Assembly: GCA_030651515.1 (NCBI GenBank)
Contig: JAUSEO010000043.1
Location: 1 to 37,036 of the forward strand
Origin: an archaeon
GTDB taxonomy: Archaea; Iainarchaeota; Iainarchaeia; Iainarchaeales; GW2011-AR10
DNA length: 37,036 nt
Direction of reading: 5' to 3'
In this document: positions 1 through 9,308 of the stretch, piece by piece
How the letters are laid out: every line of letters starts with the position of its first letter
How positions within the stretch are numbered: the stretch's first letter is position 1
Program-made: the position numbers and the translations under genes
The notes under the pieces: model-generated
Seen by the model: only the letters and a program-made list of their open reading frames with translations
Database searches by the model: none
What the model was told of the DNA's origin: nothing

Positions 1-2
1 CT

Positions 3-191
3 ACAACCGATGAAATCGTGCTGAATGAAGAGGAGAATGAGTGCAGGCAAAAAATGGACTGTACCGGCTGTACGCAGGCACTTGAGTGCCTTTCAGTGTG
101 GGAAGCAAAACTTCCTGGAGCAGTCCTTGAAGTTGGGGCAAAGGAATTCGCGCTAAGGGTTTTTGAGCCAACCAATGGAACTTGCGGGTGA
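3..191 (+). CDS. 3' end of a hypothetical Cys-containing protein truncated by the window start
   Basis: Open frame from base 3 (TTDEIVLNEEENECRQKMDCTGCTQALEC...NGTCG) ending at TGA 189-191, convergent with the next gene. Confidence 0.55.
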   Translation, partial: TTDEIVLNEEENECRQKMDCTGCTQALECLSVWEAKLPGAVLEVGAKEFALRVFEPTNGTCG

Positions 192-198
192 AAAAAAG

Positions 199-888
199 TT
201 ATTTGATTAAAATTTTTTCAACCAGCTTCACGTTCTTGACTTCCAAGTGCCCACAGAAATCATCCTCGACAATTTTTTGTGTTTCCCCAAAGGCAATGCG
301 TTTTGAAAAAATCGGGCCATCGCACACGAATGTGTCGGCGTAGCCGCCTTCAAAACCAATGTGAAAACCAAACTTTTTCGAATCTACTTCAAGCTGTGGA
401 AAGTTTTCTTTTGTCACAGTCTTTCCAAGCCAGTTCAAAAGGCCGGCTGACGCAACTTGCGTGATTACGATTTCGTAACCTTTGTCAAGCATTTCGCGGA
501 AAAGCTCTCCGTGGTCTTCTCCACCGTGGGATGGGAAAACCTGTATTCCAAGAGGCGCGAGGGCTTCCTTGACGCTGCGAATCTGGGTTTCCTGCAAACC
601 CACGCCGCCAAAGACAACAGCATCAACCGGGTTTTTTGCGACAACGTTCTTGACTATTTCTGCCTCTTTGACAGGGTCTGCAACGTCACAAGAAACAAGG
701 ATGTGCTTTAACCCAAGCTGGGCTGCTAAGTGAGTCGTGTGTTCTACTGTCGCATAGTGAAAAAGGTAACAGTCCTTCCTGGAAGGCTTTACGGACAAGA
801 GATATGCTATTTCGTGGCCTTTTGAAAGGGCCCAGTCTATGGCAAAAGTGCTGTCCTTGCCACCCGAAAACATTACCGCCAAGCGCAT
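199..888 (-). CDS. dph6: Diphthine--ammonia ligase (Dph6 / DUF71 PP-loop ATPase)
   Basis: N-terminal SGGKDS PP-loop, YLFH, and FEGGYADTFVCDGPIF matching the GEGGEYET.V.D.P.F family motif; 229 aa. Confidence 0.85.
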   Translation of the reverse strand: MRLAVMFSGGKDSTFAIDWALSKGHEIAYLLSVKPSRKDCYLFHYATVEHTTHLAAQLGLKHILVSCDVADPVKEAEIVKNVVAKNPVDAVVFGGVGLQETQIRSVKEALAPLGIQVFPSHGGEDHGELFREMLDKGYEIVITQVASAGLLNWLGKTVTKENFPQLEVDSKKFGFHIGFEGGYADTFVCDGPIFSKRIAFGETQKIVEDDFCGHLEVKNVKLVEKILIK

Positions 889-947
889 AGATTACATAAT
901 TTTCCAGGCATAGCCTTAAATACGTTTTTTAACCTCCAAAATGGAAC

Positions 948-1910
948 TCATGCGTTTAATCCGGCAATTAATTTGGCGTCGAATTTTCTCCTGGTTTCCC
1001 CGCCATAGATGGAGTAATACTTGAACACCCTGTCTGGTGCCCCGTGGACAGAAATGTAGTTGGCGCCTGCCGAAAACGCTTCTTTAAAACGGCCTTTGAG
1101 GGAAGATGATGCCAAAATCAGTGGTGCGTCTGTCACTAGCCGGGATAAGGCGATGCAGTTGAGGGTCGTGTCAATGTCACCCGTTTTTTCGTTCTCGTAA
1201 GCGCTTCCCTTGGTGGGGCAAAAAACCGAGGACTCTACTTGGTATAAGTCAAGTTTCTTCATCAACAGCAAGTCATTGGCTATGTCTGAAAGAACCTGGT
1301 TTGGCAGCCCCACAATGTTCCCTGAACCAATCCGAAACCCTATTTCCCGCAATTTTTGTATGTGAAAAAGCCGCTGGCTTAACTTTGCTTCCGGCCTTAT
1401 TATTCGGAATTGTTTTGGGTTGGAAGTCTCGAATTTCAACAGATAATTGGCTGCCCCGCTTTTGAACATTTGTTTATACTCTTCTTCGTTCCTGTGCCCA
1501 ATTCCAATGGTTATATTGCCACAGTATTTTTTTGCATGCATTATGATGGCGCAGATTTCGCCAATCGTGTAAGCGGAGCTTTCCCCGCAAGAAAGCTGTA
1601 TCAGGCCTGTTTTGCCATCATAGTTTTCGTCAATTATTTTTTTGATTTCTTCCACGTTTAGTTTATAGCGTGGCAAACTCTTGTTGCCCCTTGTTATCCC
1701 GCAAAACAGGCATGTATTCTTGCAGATGTTGGATGCCTCTATGCATAGCCTCACAAAAATTTTTTTGCCAGACAACAGCTCTTTTTTATGCCTGGCTAAA
1801 GTGAACAGTTTTTGCTGTGAAGCGCCCCTCGTTTTGAGCAATTGGATTAACTCGTTTCGAGTGACGCGCTTATTTTCCCCAAGTTTTGTGAACGCGGTTT
1901 CTACGCTCAT
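948..1910 (-). CDS. Radical SAM protein, HydE/PylB/BioB-like
   Basis: CxxxCxxC (CKNTCLFC) within IEASNIC...GITRGN..LPRYKL, then YLLKFETSN, GSGNIVGLPNQ, AGAN and a C-terminal YSIY. Start placed at ATG 1910, just after the yjbQ stop, rather than 1958. Confidence 0.8.
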   Translation of the reverse strand: MSVETAFTKLGENKRVTRNELIQLLKTRGASQQKLFTLARHKKELLSGKKIFVRLCIEASNICKNTCLFCGITRGNKSLPRYKLNVEEIKKIIDENYDGKTGLIQLSCGESSAYTIGEICAIIMHAKKYCGNITIGIGHRNEEEYKQMFKSGAANYLLKFETSNPKQFRIIRPEAKLSQRLFHIQKLREIGFRIGSGNIVGLPNQVLSDIANDLLLMKKLDLYQVESSVFCPTKGSAYENEKTGDIDTTLNCIALSRLVTDAPLILASSSLKGRFKEAFSAGANYISVHGAPDRVFKYYSIYGGETRRKFDAKLIAGLNA

Positions 1911-1911
1911 T

Positions 1912-2334
1912 TCAATCTCCAAGTATTTGGATGAATACCTTGCGGTCTCTTCCGCCATCCAGTTCTACAAGGAACAAGGTGTTCCACGTGCCATAAACGA
2001 GTTTTCCTTCGTTTATTATCATGGTTTCCGACTGGTTCATCAAAGCTGCTATGAGGTGCGAGGGAGTGTTGGGTTTTTTGTCCGGCGCAGTAGAATCATG
2101 GATATACCCTGCTCCAACGGGGGCTAGTTTGCTGAAGAAAACGGGATAGTCTTTCAAAATGCCTGCTTCTTTTTCCATGATTTTTACACACGCAGTAGCG
2201 TGCGGGGAATACACAACCACTATGCCATTTTTGATTTTGCTGTCTTTTATTTTTTCTTCCACTTTTTTTGTCATGTCCACAAATTCTATTTTCTGTGTTG
2301 TTTTTATCTGCAATTCATAGAATTTTGTGCCCAT
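1912..2334 (-). CDS. yjbQ: YjbQ / UPF0047 family protein (secondary thiamine-phosphate synthase-like)
   Basis: HATA, NTPSH, YGTWN...ELDGGRDR motifs. ATG 2334 is preceded by SD-like AGGAGTG. Confidence 0.85.
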   Translation of the reverse strand: MGTKFYELQIKTTQKIEFVDMTKKVEEKIKDSKIKNGIVVVYSPHATACVKIMEKEAGILKDYPVFFSKLAPVGAGYIHDSTAPDKKPNTPSHLIAALMNQSETMIINEGKLVYGTWNTLFLVELDGGRDRKVFIQILGD

Positions 2335-2359
2335 TTTTTTCACTCCTTGGGAAGCGCGT

Positions 2360-3298
2360 CTACGCGTACTTCAGCAGCATCTGTTTTATTTTTTTAGTCA
2401 TTTCCAGTGCTTCGCCATAAGGCCTTTGCCACATGTTCCTGCCATAAACAAGGCCGGTTACGCCTGCTTTTAGGCAAAATTCTGTTTTTCCAACCAAGTC
2501 TTTGTCTGAAACTTTCCCGCCACCGCTAACTATTACGAATGTTTTGCCTGCTGACTCCACTACTCTTTTCATTCGTGCTTCATCGCTTGCATTCTCCAGT
2601 TCTATGTATGGCTTGGTTTCCTCATTCTTTTCTAGAAACGCTTTGTATTTTTCCAGTTTTTCTCCTGAAAGCTTTTTTGGGATGTTGAGCTTGATTATGT
2701 CTGCCCCCACTTCCATTGCTACCCTGGCGGCATAGTCAACGGAGTACAGGGAATCCCTGTCGCCTTTTTCCTGGACAGCTTTCCCCCTCGGATAACTCCA
2801 AACAACTAACGGCAAATCGTTTTCAATGCATTCTTTTCTCACCTGGCATAACTGCGCCAAGTCCCTGCCCTGTGCAGGAGAACCAATGTACAAAGTGTAT
2901 CCCACTGCAGTGGCTCCAAGCCGCACTGCATCTGCTACTGTTGAGGTCAGGGGGGAAAATGCTTCATCATCACTTGGAATTGCTGTTTTCCCGTTCACCT
3001 TGAGAATGAGGGGCATTTTGTTTTTGTAGTCGGGCCAGTATTTTTCCGCCAGGCCAATGTGGCATGCTATTGCAGAGTAGCCCCCTTCAATTGCAAGCCT
3101 GAACTGGAATTCGGGGTTTTTTGCTTTTGGGTTTGCAAAGAAGTCCATTGGCCCGTGCTCCAGGCCCTGGTCAATCGGAAGAAAAAGCAATTTCCCGTTT
3201 CCGGGACCGTGATTGTAAAGCAGCTCCTCCATTCTTTTCTTTTTTTCTGCCGAGAATTTGAAGTCATTCAGAACGGTTTTTTTGAATTCAAAGTCCAT
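2360..3298 (-). CDS. Class I (DhnA/FbaB-type) fructose-bisphosphate aldolase
   Basis: LPIDQGLEHGP, AVGYTLYIGS, VWSYPRG, GADIIK (Schiff-base Lys), SGG, GRNMWQ. Confidence 0.9.
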   Translation of the reverse strand: MDFEFKKTVLNDFKFSAEKKKRMEELLYNHGPGNGKLLFLPIDQGLEHGPMDFFANPKAKNPEFQFRLAIEGGYSAIACHIGLAEKYWPDYKNKMPLILKVNGKTAIPSDDEAFSPLTSTVADAVRLGATAVGYTLYIGSPAQGRDLAQLCQVRKECIENDLPLVVWSYPRGKAVQEKGDRDSLYSVDYAARVAMEVGADIIKLNIPKKLSGEKLEKYKAFLEKNEETKPYIELENASDEARMKRVVESAGKTFVIVSGGGKVSDKDLVGKTEFCLKAGVTGLVYGRNMWQRPYGEALEMTKKIKQMLLKYA

Positions 3299-3393
3299 TG
3301 AACAAAACCCCCCCTGATACTACCTGTAGTGCTTTCATGATTTAAAACCTGTTGCCCGAACATACAGCGCCGCAAGAAAGCAAACAGCGCAAC

Positions 3394-3951
3394 TCATTTT
3401 TCCCCTGAAACAATCGACCACAATTTCTGGTACGGGCCAAAGTCTGGTGCTGTTATGTGCCCGGCCATTTTTTCCATTATTGGTTTGACGCCAAGCGATT
3501 CTGCAAGAAAAAGGCTTTCTTTCACGGAAATAAACGGGTCGTTGTCGGAAAAAACCACTACAAATTTCTTGGCGCTTTTCCTTATTTTCACCCAGTCAAA
3601 TGGGGCTGAAACAAAACCGTCGATTTCCGTGATTCCAAGCGGGTGGGCAAAGCCCGAAACCAAAACAACAAGACCGATGCTTACACCGCTTGGAAGTTTT
3701 TCAAGATAACGCAGGATGGTTGGGCACCCAAGGCTATGCCCGACTAAAACAGCATGTTCACCAGGAGACGCAACATTTTCTTCAAGTTTTGCAAGCCATT
3801 CCGAAAGAACAGGAGAATCGTAATTTGGCATCAAGGGAAAAAAAACATTCATTTTCCTGCCTTCAACGGCTTTTTGCTCCAGCCACTTCTGCCAGTGGAG
3901 CGGGTGTGTCCCGCCCCAGCCGTGAACAAGGACAAGAGTTTTTTTATCCAA
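3394..3951 (-). CDS. Alpha/beta hydrolase, RBBP9/YdeN family
   Basis: VHGWGG...HWQ.WL, GHSLG nucleophile elbow, SDNDP, AGH; TTG start. Confidence 0.85.
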   Translation of the reverse strand: MDKKTLVLVHGWGGTHPLHWQKWLEQKAVEGRKMNVFFPLMPNYDSPVLSEWLAKLEENVASPGEHAVLVGHSLGCPTILRYLEKLPSGVSIGLVVLVSGFAHPLGITEIDGFVSAPFDWVKIRKSAKKFVVVFSDNDPFISVKESLFLAESLGVKPIMEKMAGHITAPDFGPYQKLWSIVSGEK

Positions 3952-3985
3952 AAAAAACCACTTTTTAAAAACTGTAAAAATTATT

Positions 3986-4879
3986 TTATTGTTTCAAAAA
4001 CTTTTCCGCCAAGGCAATTGTTTTTTTATCACCCAAATATAGGGGCGTGCGGTCAGAAATTTTTTTAGGCTCGACATCCAGAATGGACTGCACGCCGTTT
4101 GAACCAGCGCCATTTGCTTCTGCTGCAATGAAGGACAAAGGGTTTGCCTCAAACAAAAGCCTCAGTTTTCCTTCTGGCTTGTTTTTAAGCGCGGGGTAAC
4201 AGAACACGCCGCCGTAATGAAGCACCTGGTTGAAGTCCGCAGTCAGGCTGCCGGAATAGCGGAGCTTGTAGTTGTTTTTTTCAAGCTCGGAAATAAACTT
4301 TGCATGAGCATCCGTCCACTCTGACTTCAGGCCACCGGAGCCATAAATCTCGCCTTGGGGGATAGTGATGCTTTCCTCGCGCAGAACAAACCGCCCGGTT
4401 TTTTTGTCCAGTGCAAACTCGTGCACCCCCTTGCCTTTGTATGCATAAACAAGCGTGGTGAGCGGACCGTAGAGGACAAAGCAGGCTGCATCCATCATGC
4501 TGCCTTTTTCCAGGACGTCGCCTTCGTTGAACATGCCAACGATTGTCCCAACCGCCAAGTTGGTTTTCACGCAACTCACGCCATCCAGTGGGTCAATGGT
4601 TATGCCCCACGAGCCCCGTGCCTTCACTATTTCTACTATTTCGCCCTGTTCCTCGGAAGCCACGTTGCGCACAATGCCGGTCTCTTCAAAGGCATCAATC
4701 AACAGCTGGTCTGCCCACTTGTCAAGCTCCAGTTGGTCTTCCCCATAAATGTTTTTTGTGCCGGCAAGCCTTGAGTGGTCCAAAAACCCGCCTGCAATTG
4801 CCTTTGACTGCCCTGCCACAGCCAGGACCAGGGTTTTTACGTCAAAGGGAACTGCAACCAGGTGCTCTTCAAGAAACAT
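3986..4879 (-). CDS. fbp: Class 1 fructose-1,6-bisphosphatase
   Basis: NIYGEDQLELD, ASEE, DPLDG, LRYSGS, GKLRLLFEANP motifs. Confidence 0.9.
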   Translation of the reverse strand: MFLEEHLVAVPFDVKTLVLAVAGQSKAIAGGFLDHSRLAGTKNIYGEDQLELDKWADQLLIDAFEETGIVRNVASEEQGEIVEIVKARGSWGITIDPLDGVSCVKTNLAVGTIVGMFNEGDVLEKGSMMDAACFVLYGPLTTLVYAYKGKGVHEFALDKKTGRFVLREESITIPQGEIYGSGGLKSEWTDAHAKFISELEKNNYKLRYSGSLTADFNQVLHYGGVFCYPALKNKPEGKLRLLFEANPLSFIAAEANGAGSNGVQSILDVEPKKISDRTPLYLGDKKTIALAEKFLKQ

Positions 4880-4947
4880 GAAAAAAATGTGCCTGATTAG
4901 TAATTTAAGGGTTTTGGAAAAAGCAATCTAGTGGAGCTGAACAGATT

Positions 4948-6018
4948 TTGGAAAAACCAGGCAGGGCAACAGCCGCGGAAAAAAAACCCAGCATATTCAT
5001 GGTCGGCCTGGGTGGAACGATAGCCGCCAAAGAAATCAACTCCAAATGGATATCCGGCCATTACTCGCAAAAAGAATTACTGAAAATGGACCCCAAGATA
5101 GAACACACTTTTGACGTCAAGACCTCAAACCTTTTCAGGATTCACTCGGCGGACACCCAGCCGGAACACTGGCTCTCGCTTGCAAACCTTGTCTACTACA
5201 ACCTGGATGAAGGCTTTGACGGTATAGTCGTCACGCACGGCACCGACACCATGCACTATACGAGCGCGGCGCTGAGTTTTCTGATACAGAATCTCAGCAC
5301 CCCAATCGTGTTCACGGGTTCACAGATAATCCCTGCAAAAATGGGTTCAGACGCGCCGAAAAACATTTACGACTCCCTAATGGTCGCGTCATACGCAGAC
5401 CTCGCCGAAGTCGTGATAGTCTTTAACGGCAAGATTTTCAGGGCAAACCGGGCCAAAAAGGTCGCAGCCGCTGACTTTGACGCATACAAGAGCTCAGGAA
5501 TCGAACCCCTTGGTTTTGTACAGCATGACATCGCGCTAAACGGCAAGCAAGTCAGGAGAAAAAAAAGAAAACCAAAATTATTCTCCAGGCTCGAGACAGA
5601 CGTTTCAATAGTTGAAGTCCACCCGGGCCTTAACCCAAAGAGCCTTGAAGCTGTCGCCAACTCCGGCCTGAAGGGGATAGTGCTTCGGGGATACGGCCTT
5701 GGAAACTACCCTGTCGAGAAAAAGTCCCTCACGCCTGCAATCAACAGCCTGGCCGAAAGGGGCATACCAGTAGTCCTCACGACACAATGCAGGATGGGGT
5801 CTGACTGGAAAAACGTTTTCTTCAAGGAAATAGGGACACGATATGACAACGCAAACGTCATTTTAGGCTACGACATGAGGCCCCACACAGCCCTCGTCAA
5901 GCTGATGTGGGTACTTGCACAGACAACCAAGCCAACACAGGTAAAAAAAATGATGCAAACAAGCTATGCAGGGGAAATAACCCCAAACATGGAAAAATAC
6001 AGGCAAAAAAAAAGATAA
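4948..6018 (+). CDS. L-asparaginase type I (AnsA-like; paralog of the GatD catalytic domain)
   Basis: GGTIA, HGTDTMHYT, TGSQ, G.GN and ALVKLMWVL motifs; lacks the GatD N-terminal domain. The exact start (TTG 4948) is uncertain. Confidence 0.8.
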   Translation: MEKPGRATAAEKKPSIFMVGLGGTIAAKEINSKWISGHYSQKELLKMDPKIEHTFDVKTSNLFRIHSADTQPEHWLSLANLVYYNLDEGFDGIVVTHGTDTMHYTSAALSFLIQNLSTPIVFTGSQIIPAKMGSDAPKNIYDSLMVASYADLAEVVIVFNGKIFRANRAKKVAAADFDAYKSSGIEPLGFVQHDIALNGKQVRRKKRKPKLFSRLETDVSIVEVHPGLNPKSLEAVANSGLKGIVLRGYGLGNYPVEKKSLTPAINSLAERGIPVVLTTQCRMGSDWKNVFFKEIGTRYDNANVILGYDMRPHTALVKLMWVLAQTTKPTQVKKMMQTSYAGEITPNMEKYRQKKR

Positions 6019-6039
6019 AAAAAAAGAACTGGTTTTTTT

Positions 6040-7362
6040 TTGGCAAAAGAAAAAAAAGACAACAGTGCAGGAAAAACACTGCACGTAGAGACAAAAGACC
6101 ATGAACTCGAAGGAACCGTGGTCAACACCCAAGGAAAGGAAATAACTCTCAAGCTTCCAAGTGGGTACAATGTCCTTGTAAACCAGGATGACATCCTGTC
6201 GAAAAAAATTCTCGGGCAAGCAAAAAACAACGGGAAAATAATTGCGAAAAAAATCCCCGAAAAAAACGGGCTCCCGAAAATATGCATCCTGCAGGTCGGA
6301 GGAACGATTGCAAGCAGGGTGGATTACAAGACCGGCGCAGTCAAGGTCGACTTTGAACCAAGCGAACTCCTCCACATGTTTCCCGAACTCGGGGAAATCG
6401 CGAATTTTGACGCAACAGCCATTGCAAGGGTATTCTCAGAGGACATGCGATTTGCCCACTACAAAAAAATCGCCCTTGCGATAAAAAAACAGGCAGAGTC
6501 AAAAAACCCGCCAAAAGGCATAATAGTGGCACACGGCACCGACACCATGCACTATACCAGCGCCGCCCTGGCATTCATGCTTGAAAACCCGCCCTTCCCA
6601 GTCATACTGGTCGGGGCACAGAGGTCAACAGACAGGGGAAGCTCGGACACTGCGACAAACCTCATCTCGGCAGCACACTTCATAGCCAAAACAGGTTACA
6701 AAGGCGTTGGCATCTGCATGCACGAAACCCCAGATGACACATCCTGCGTCATTCTCCCACCTGCAAAGACACGCAAAATGCATTCCTCGCGCCGCGACTC
6801 ATTCAGGGCAATAAACGCCACGCCAATTGCACGCGTGAACCCCCAGACAGGAGAAGTCACCATGATTTCAGCCCCGCAAAAAAACCAGGGAGAATTCGCG
6901 GTGAAACCAAAAATGGAGGAAAAAATCGGTTTGCTCAAGTCACACCCAAACCTCGACTGGCGCGAAATAGATTTCTACAGGAAAAACAAGTACAAGGGCC
7001 TTGTAATCGAGGGAACCGGCATGGGGCATATCCCGATAGGCGTTGAGGACAAGGAGACACAGCCAAACAAAAAAAACCTCGCCGCACTCAAAAAACTCAC
7101 AAAATCAGGATGCATAGTCGCCATGACCACCCAGTGCATTTTCGGCGAAGTAAGCAGCCACGTTTACAGCACCGGAGTGGAACTCCAGGAAGCCGGCATC
7201 GTTTCCGCAAAAGACATGCTCACTGAAACCGCGTTCATAAAACTCTCGTGGCTCCTTGGAAACTACAAGCCAAAAGAAGCACGCGAATTATTCACCCAAA
7301 ACCTGCGCGGAGAAATAAACGACCGCCACCAAATGAATTACTTTCCGCCAAAGGACCTATGA
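6040..7362 (+). CDS. gatD: Glu-tRNA(Gln) amidotransferase subunit D
   Basis: N-terminal LKLPSGYN domain, GGTIASRVDYKTGAV, HGTDT, GAQRSTDRGSSD, RKMHSSRRD. Confidence 0.95.
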   Translation: MAKEKKDNSAGKTLHVETKDHELEGTVVNTQGKEITLKLPSGYNVLVNQDDILSKKILGQAKNNGKIIAKKIPEKNGLPKICILQVGGTIASRVDYKTGAVKVDFEPSELLHMFPELGEIANFDATAIARVFSEDMRFAHYKKIALAIKKQAESKNPPKGIIVAHGTDTMHYTSAALAFMLENPPFPVILVGAQRSTDRGSSDTATNLISAAHFIAKTGYKGVGICMHETPDDTSCVILPPAKTRKMHSSRRDSFRAINATPIARVNPQTGEVTMISAPQKNQGEFAVKPKMEEKIGLLKSHPNLDWREIDFYRKNKYKGLVIEGTGMGHIPIGVEDKETQPNKKNLAALKKLTKSGCIVAMTTQCIFGEVSSHVYSTGVELQEAGIVSAKDMLTETAFIKLSWLLGNYKPKEARELFTQNLRGEINDRHQMNYFPPKDL

Positions 7363-7386
7363 CGCGCCGCGAGCACGGCAAATGGC

Positions 7387-7701
7387 TCATGAAAATAGTT
7401 TCTTTTCAGTCTCTTTCAGTAGTTCGCGCGCTTTCTCAAACAAGTCAAGGCCTTTCCTGGTGACCTTGTAGGTTTTCCTGTTCCCGTCCTTTGAAGCTGA
7501 AACGAACCCGCGCGATTGAAGCTTGTAAAGCACAACATATGCTGTCACGTTGCCGGGCTGAAAGCCAAAGCGCCCAAGTATTTCTTTCCTCAACGCGTAT
7601 GCGTGCATGGGCTTTTTTTTAAGCACGGAAAGAAGGTAAATCCACAACACATCGCGAGAAAGGCGTGATTTTAAACGGTTTAACTCGGGTTCCACAGACA
7701 T
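7387..7701 (-). CDS. PadR-family winged-helix regulator
   Basis: PMHAYAL...PGNVTAYVVLYKLQSRGFV...RKTYKVT.KG pattern. Start placed at ATG 7701. Confidence 0.85.
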   Translation of the reverse strand: MSVEPELNRLKSRLSRDVLWIYLLSVLKKKPMHAYALRKEILGRFGFQPGNVTAYVVLYKLQSRGFVSASKDGNRKTYKVTRKGLDLFEKARELLKETEKKLFS

Positions 7702-7754
7702 GACAATTCCACAAAAGCTTAAATATTTTACGGCCATAAAATAGTTTGGTTTTT

Positions 7755-8858
7755 ATGAGTGAAATACGCGTTGCAATTGCAGGGGTCGGGAACTGTGCAA
7801 GCTCGCTGGTCCAGGGCGTGCAGTACTACAGGGACATAAAAGCAAGCGATGAGCTGGTTCCCGGGCTTATGCACAATTCTTTCGGCGGCTATCTGGCAAG
7901 TGACATAAAGTTTGTAGCGGCTTTTGACGTGGACAAACGAAAAATAGGCAAAGACCTCTCGCAGGCAATCTTTGAAAAACCAAACTGCACGCAGGTTTTC
8001 TGCAAAAACGTTCCAAGACAAGGCGTGGAAATAAAAAAGGGTCCCGTGCTTGACGGCATTGCAAGCCACATGCAGGACTACCCGGACGACAACACTTTTT
8101 TAGTTGACCAAAAGCAAAAACCGGTTGACGTCGCAGAAGAGCTACGCAAAGCAAAAGCGCAAGTCCTCATAAACTATGTGCCTGTCGGAAGCGAAGACGC
8201 GGCAAAACACTATGCACAGGCGGCACTTGACACGGGATGTGGTTTTGTAAACTGCATGCCAGTGTTCATTGGCTCCAACCCGGAATGGGCAAAAAAATTC
8301 GAGCAAAAACAAATCCCGATAGTAGGTGACGATGTTAAAAGTTTGCTCGGGGCAACAATCCTCCACCGCGTCGTTGCAAAACTTTTTTCAGACCGCGGGG
8401 TAAAAATCGAGGGCACTTACCAGTTAAACGTTGGCGGGAACACGGATTTTCTGAACATGAAGGAGCAATCAAGGCTCAAAAGCAAAAAAATCTCCAAAAC
8501 AGAATCAGTGCAGTCACAGCTCCCGGCTCCCCTGTCAAGTGAAAAAATCCACATCGGGCCAAGCGATTACGTGCCCTGGCTCAAAGACCAAAAAATCGCG
8601 TTTATAAGGCTTGAAGGAAAAGGATTTGGAGGCGTCCCAATGAACCTTGAAATGAGGCTAAGCGTCGAAGACTCGCCAAACTCTGCAGGCGTGGTGATTG
8701 ACGCAGTCAGGGCGGCAAAACTTGCACTGGACCGGCACATTGGCGGGCCACTCATTTCGGCTTCAGCTTACTTCATGAAACACCCACCCCAGCAATTCCC
8801 CGACCCCGTGGCACGTCAAATGGTTGAAGAATTCATACGCGGAGAAAGAACAAAATGA
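7755..8858 (+). CDS. ino1: myo-inositol-1-phosphate synthase
   Basis: GVGNCASSLVQG, NYVPVGS, GDDVKS..GAT, QLNVGGNTDFLN, EDSPNSAG, YFMKHPP. Confidence 0.95.
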   Translation: MSEIRVAIAGVGNCASSLVQGVQYYRDIKASDELVPGLMHNSFGGYLASDIKFVAAFDVDKRKIGKDLSQAIFEKPNCTQVFCKNVPRQGVEIKKGPVLDGIASHMQDYPDDNTFLVDQKQKPVDVAEELRKAKAQVLINYVPVGSEDAAKHYAQAALDTGCGFVNCMPVFIGSNPEWAKKFEQKQIPIVGDDVKSLLGATILHRVVAKLFSDRGVKIEGTYQLNVGGNTDFLNMKEQSRLKSKKISKTESVQSQLPAPLSSEKIHIGPSDYVPWLKDQKIAFIRLEGKGFGGVPMNLEMRLSVEDSPNSAGVVIDAVRAAKLALDRHIGGPLISASAYFMKHPPQQFPDPVARQMVEEFIRGERTK

Positions 8859-9301
8859 GTTTCTTTGACAACTGGCTGATTCTTGGCCTTGCAGCCGCGC
8901 TTTTTTACGGTGCCGCGGCAGTCATGTCAAAAGTCGTTATCGGGGACAAGTTCCTTGCAATCAACCCAAAAGCCGCAGCACTCCTCATGTTTTTGGGAAG
9001 TGCAATCGTTATCGCAATTTTTTTCTTTTCTGCCCCGACAAAAATCCCGACACAGCCAGTGCTGATTGGCGCGGGCCTGCTTTACGGCATTCTGCTTACA
9101 ATCGGAAACGTCTTGGTCTACATTGCGCTTGAAAAGCACGCGAACATTGCACAACTCGCCCCAATCTACAACGTGAACACTCTCATTGCAGTGGTGCTTG
9201 GCATAGTTTTGCTTGCGGAAATCCCAAACCAGGCACAGGCAGTGAAAATCTTTATCGGAGCACTGCTCATAATGATTGGCTCAGTCCTTGTAACCGGGTG
9301 A
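8855..9301 (+). CDS. EamA/DMT-superfamily small membrane transporter (single 5-TM repeat)
   Basis: About 5 hydrophobic segments with AL...API......VLG..LL.E and C-terminal GALLIMIG; ATGA overlap with ino1. Confidence 0.75.
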   Translation: MSFFDNWLILGLAAALFYGAAAVMSKVVIGDKFLAINPKAAALLMFLGSAIVIAIFFFSAPTKIPTQPVLIGAGLLYGILLTIGNVLVYIALEKHANIAQLAPIYNVNTLIAVVLGIVLLAEIPNQAQAVKIFIGALLIMIGSVLVTG

Positions 9302-9308
9302 AAAAAAA

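Noticed and set aside
948-1910. Calling the radical SAM hydE, pylB or bioB
   Set aside because: Partner genes are absent from the window and the motifs alone do not fix the function.
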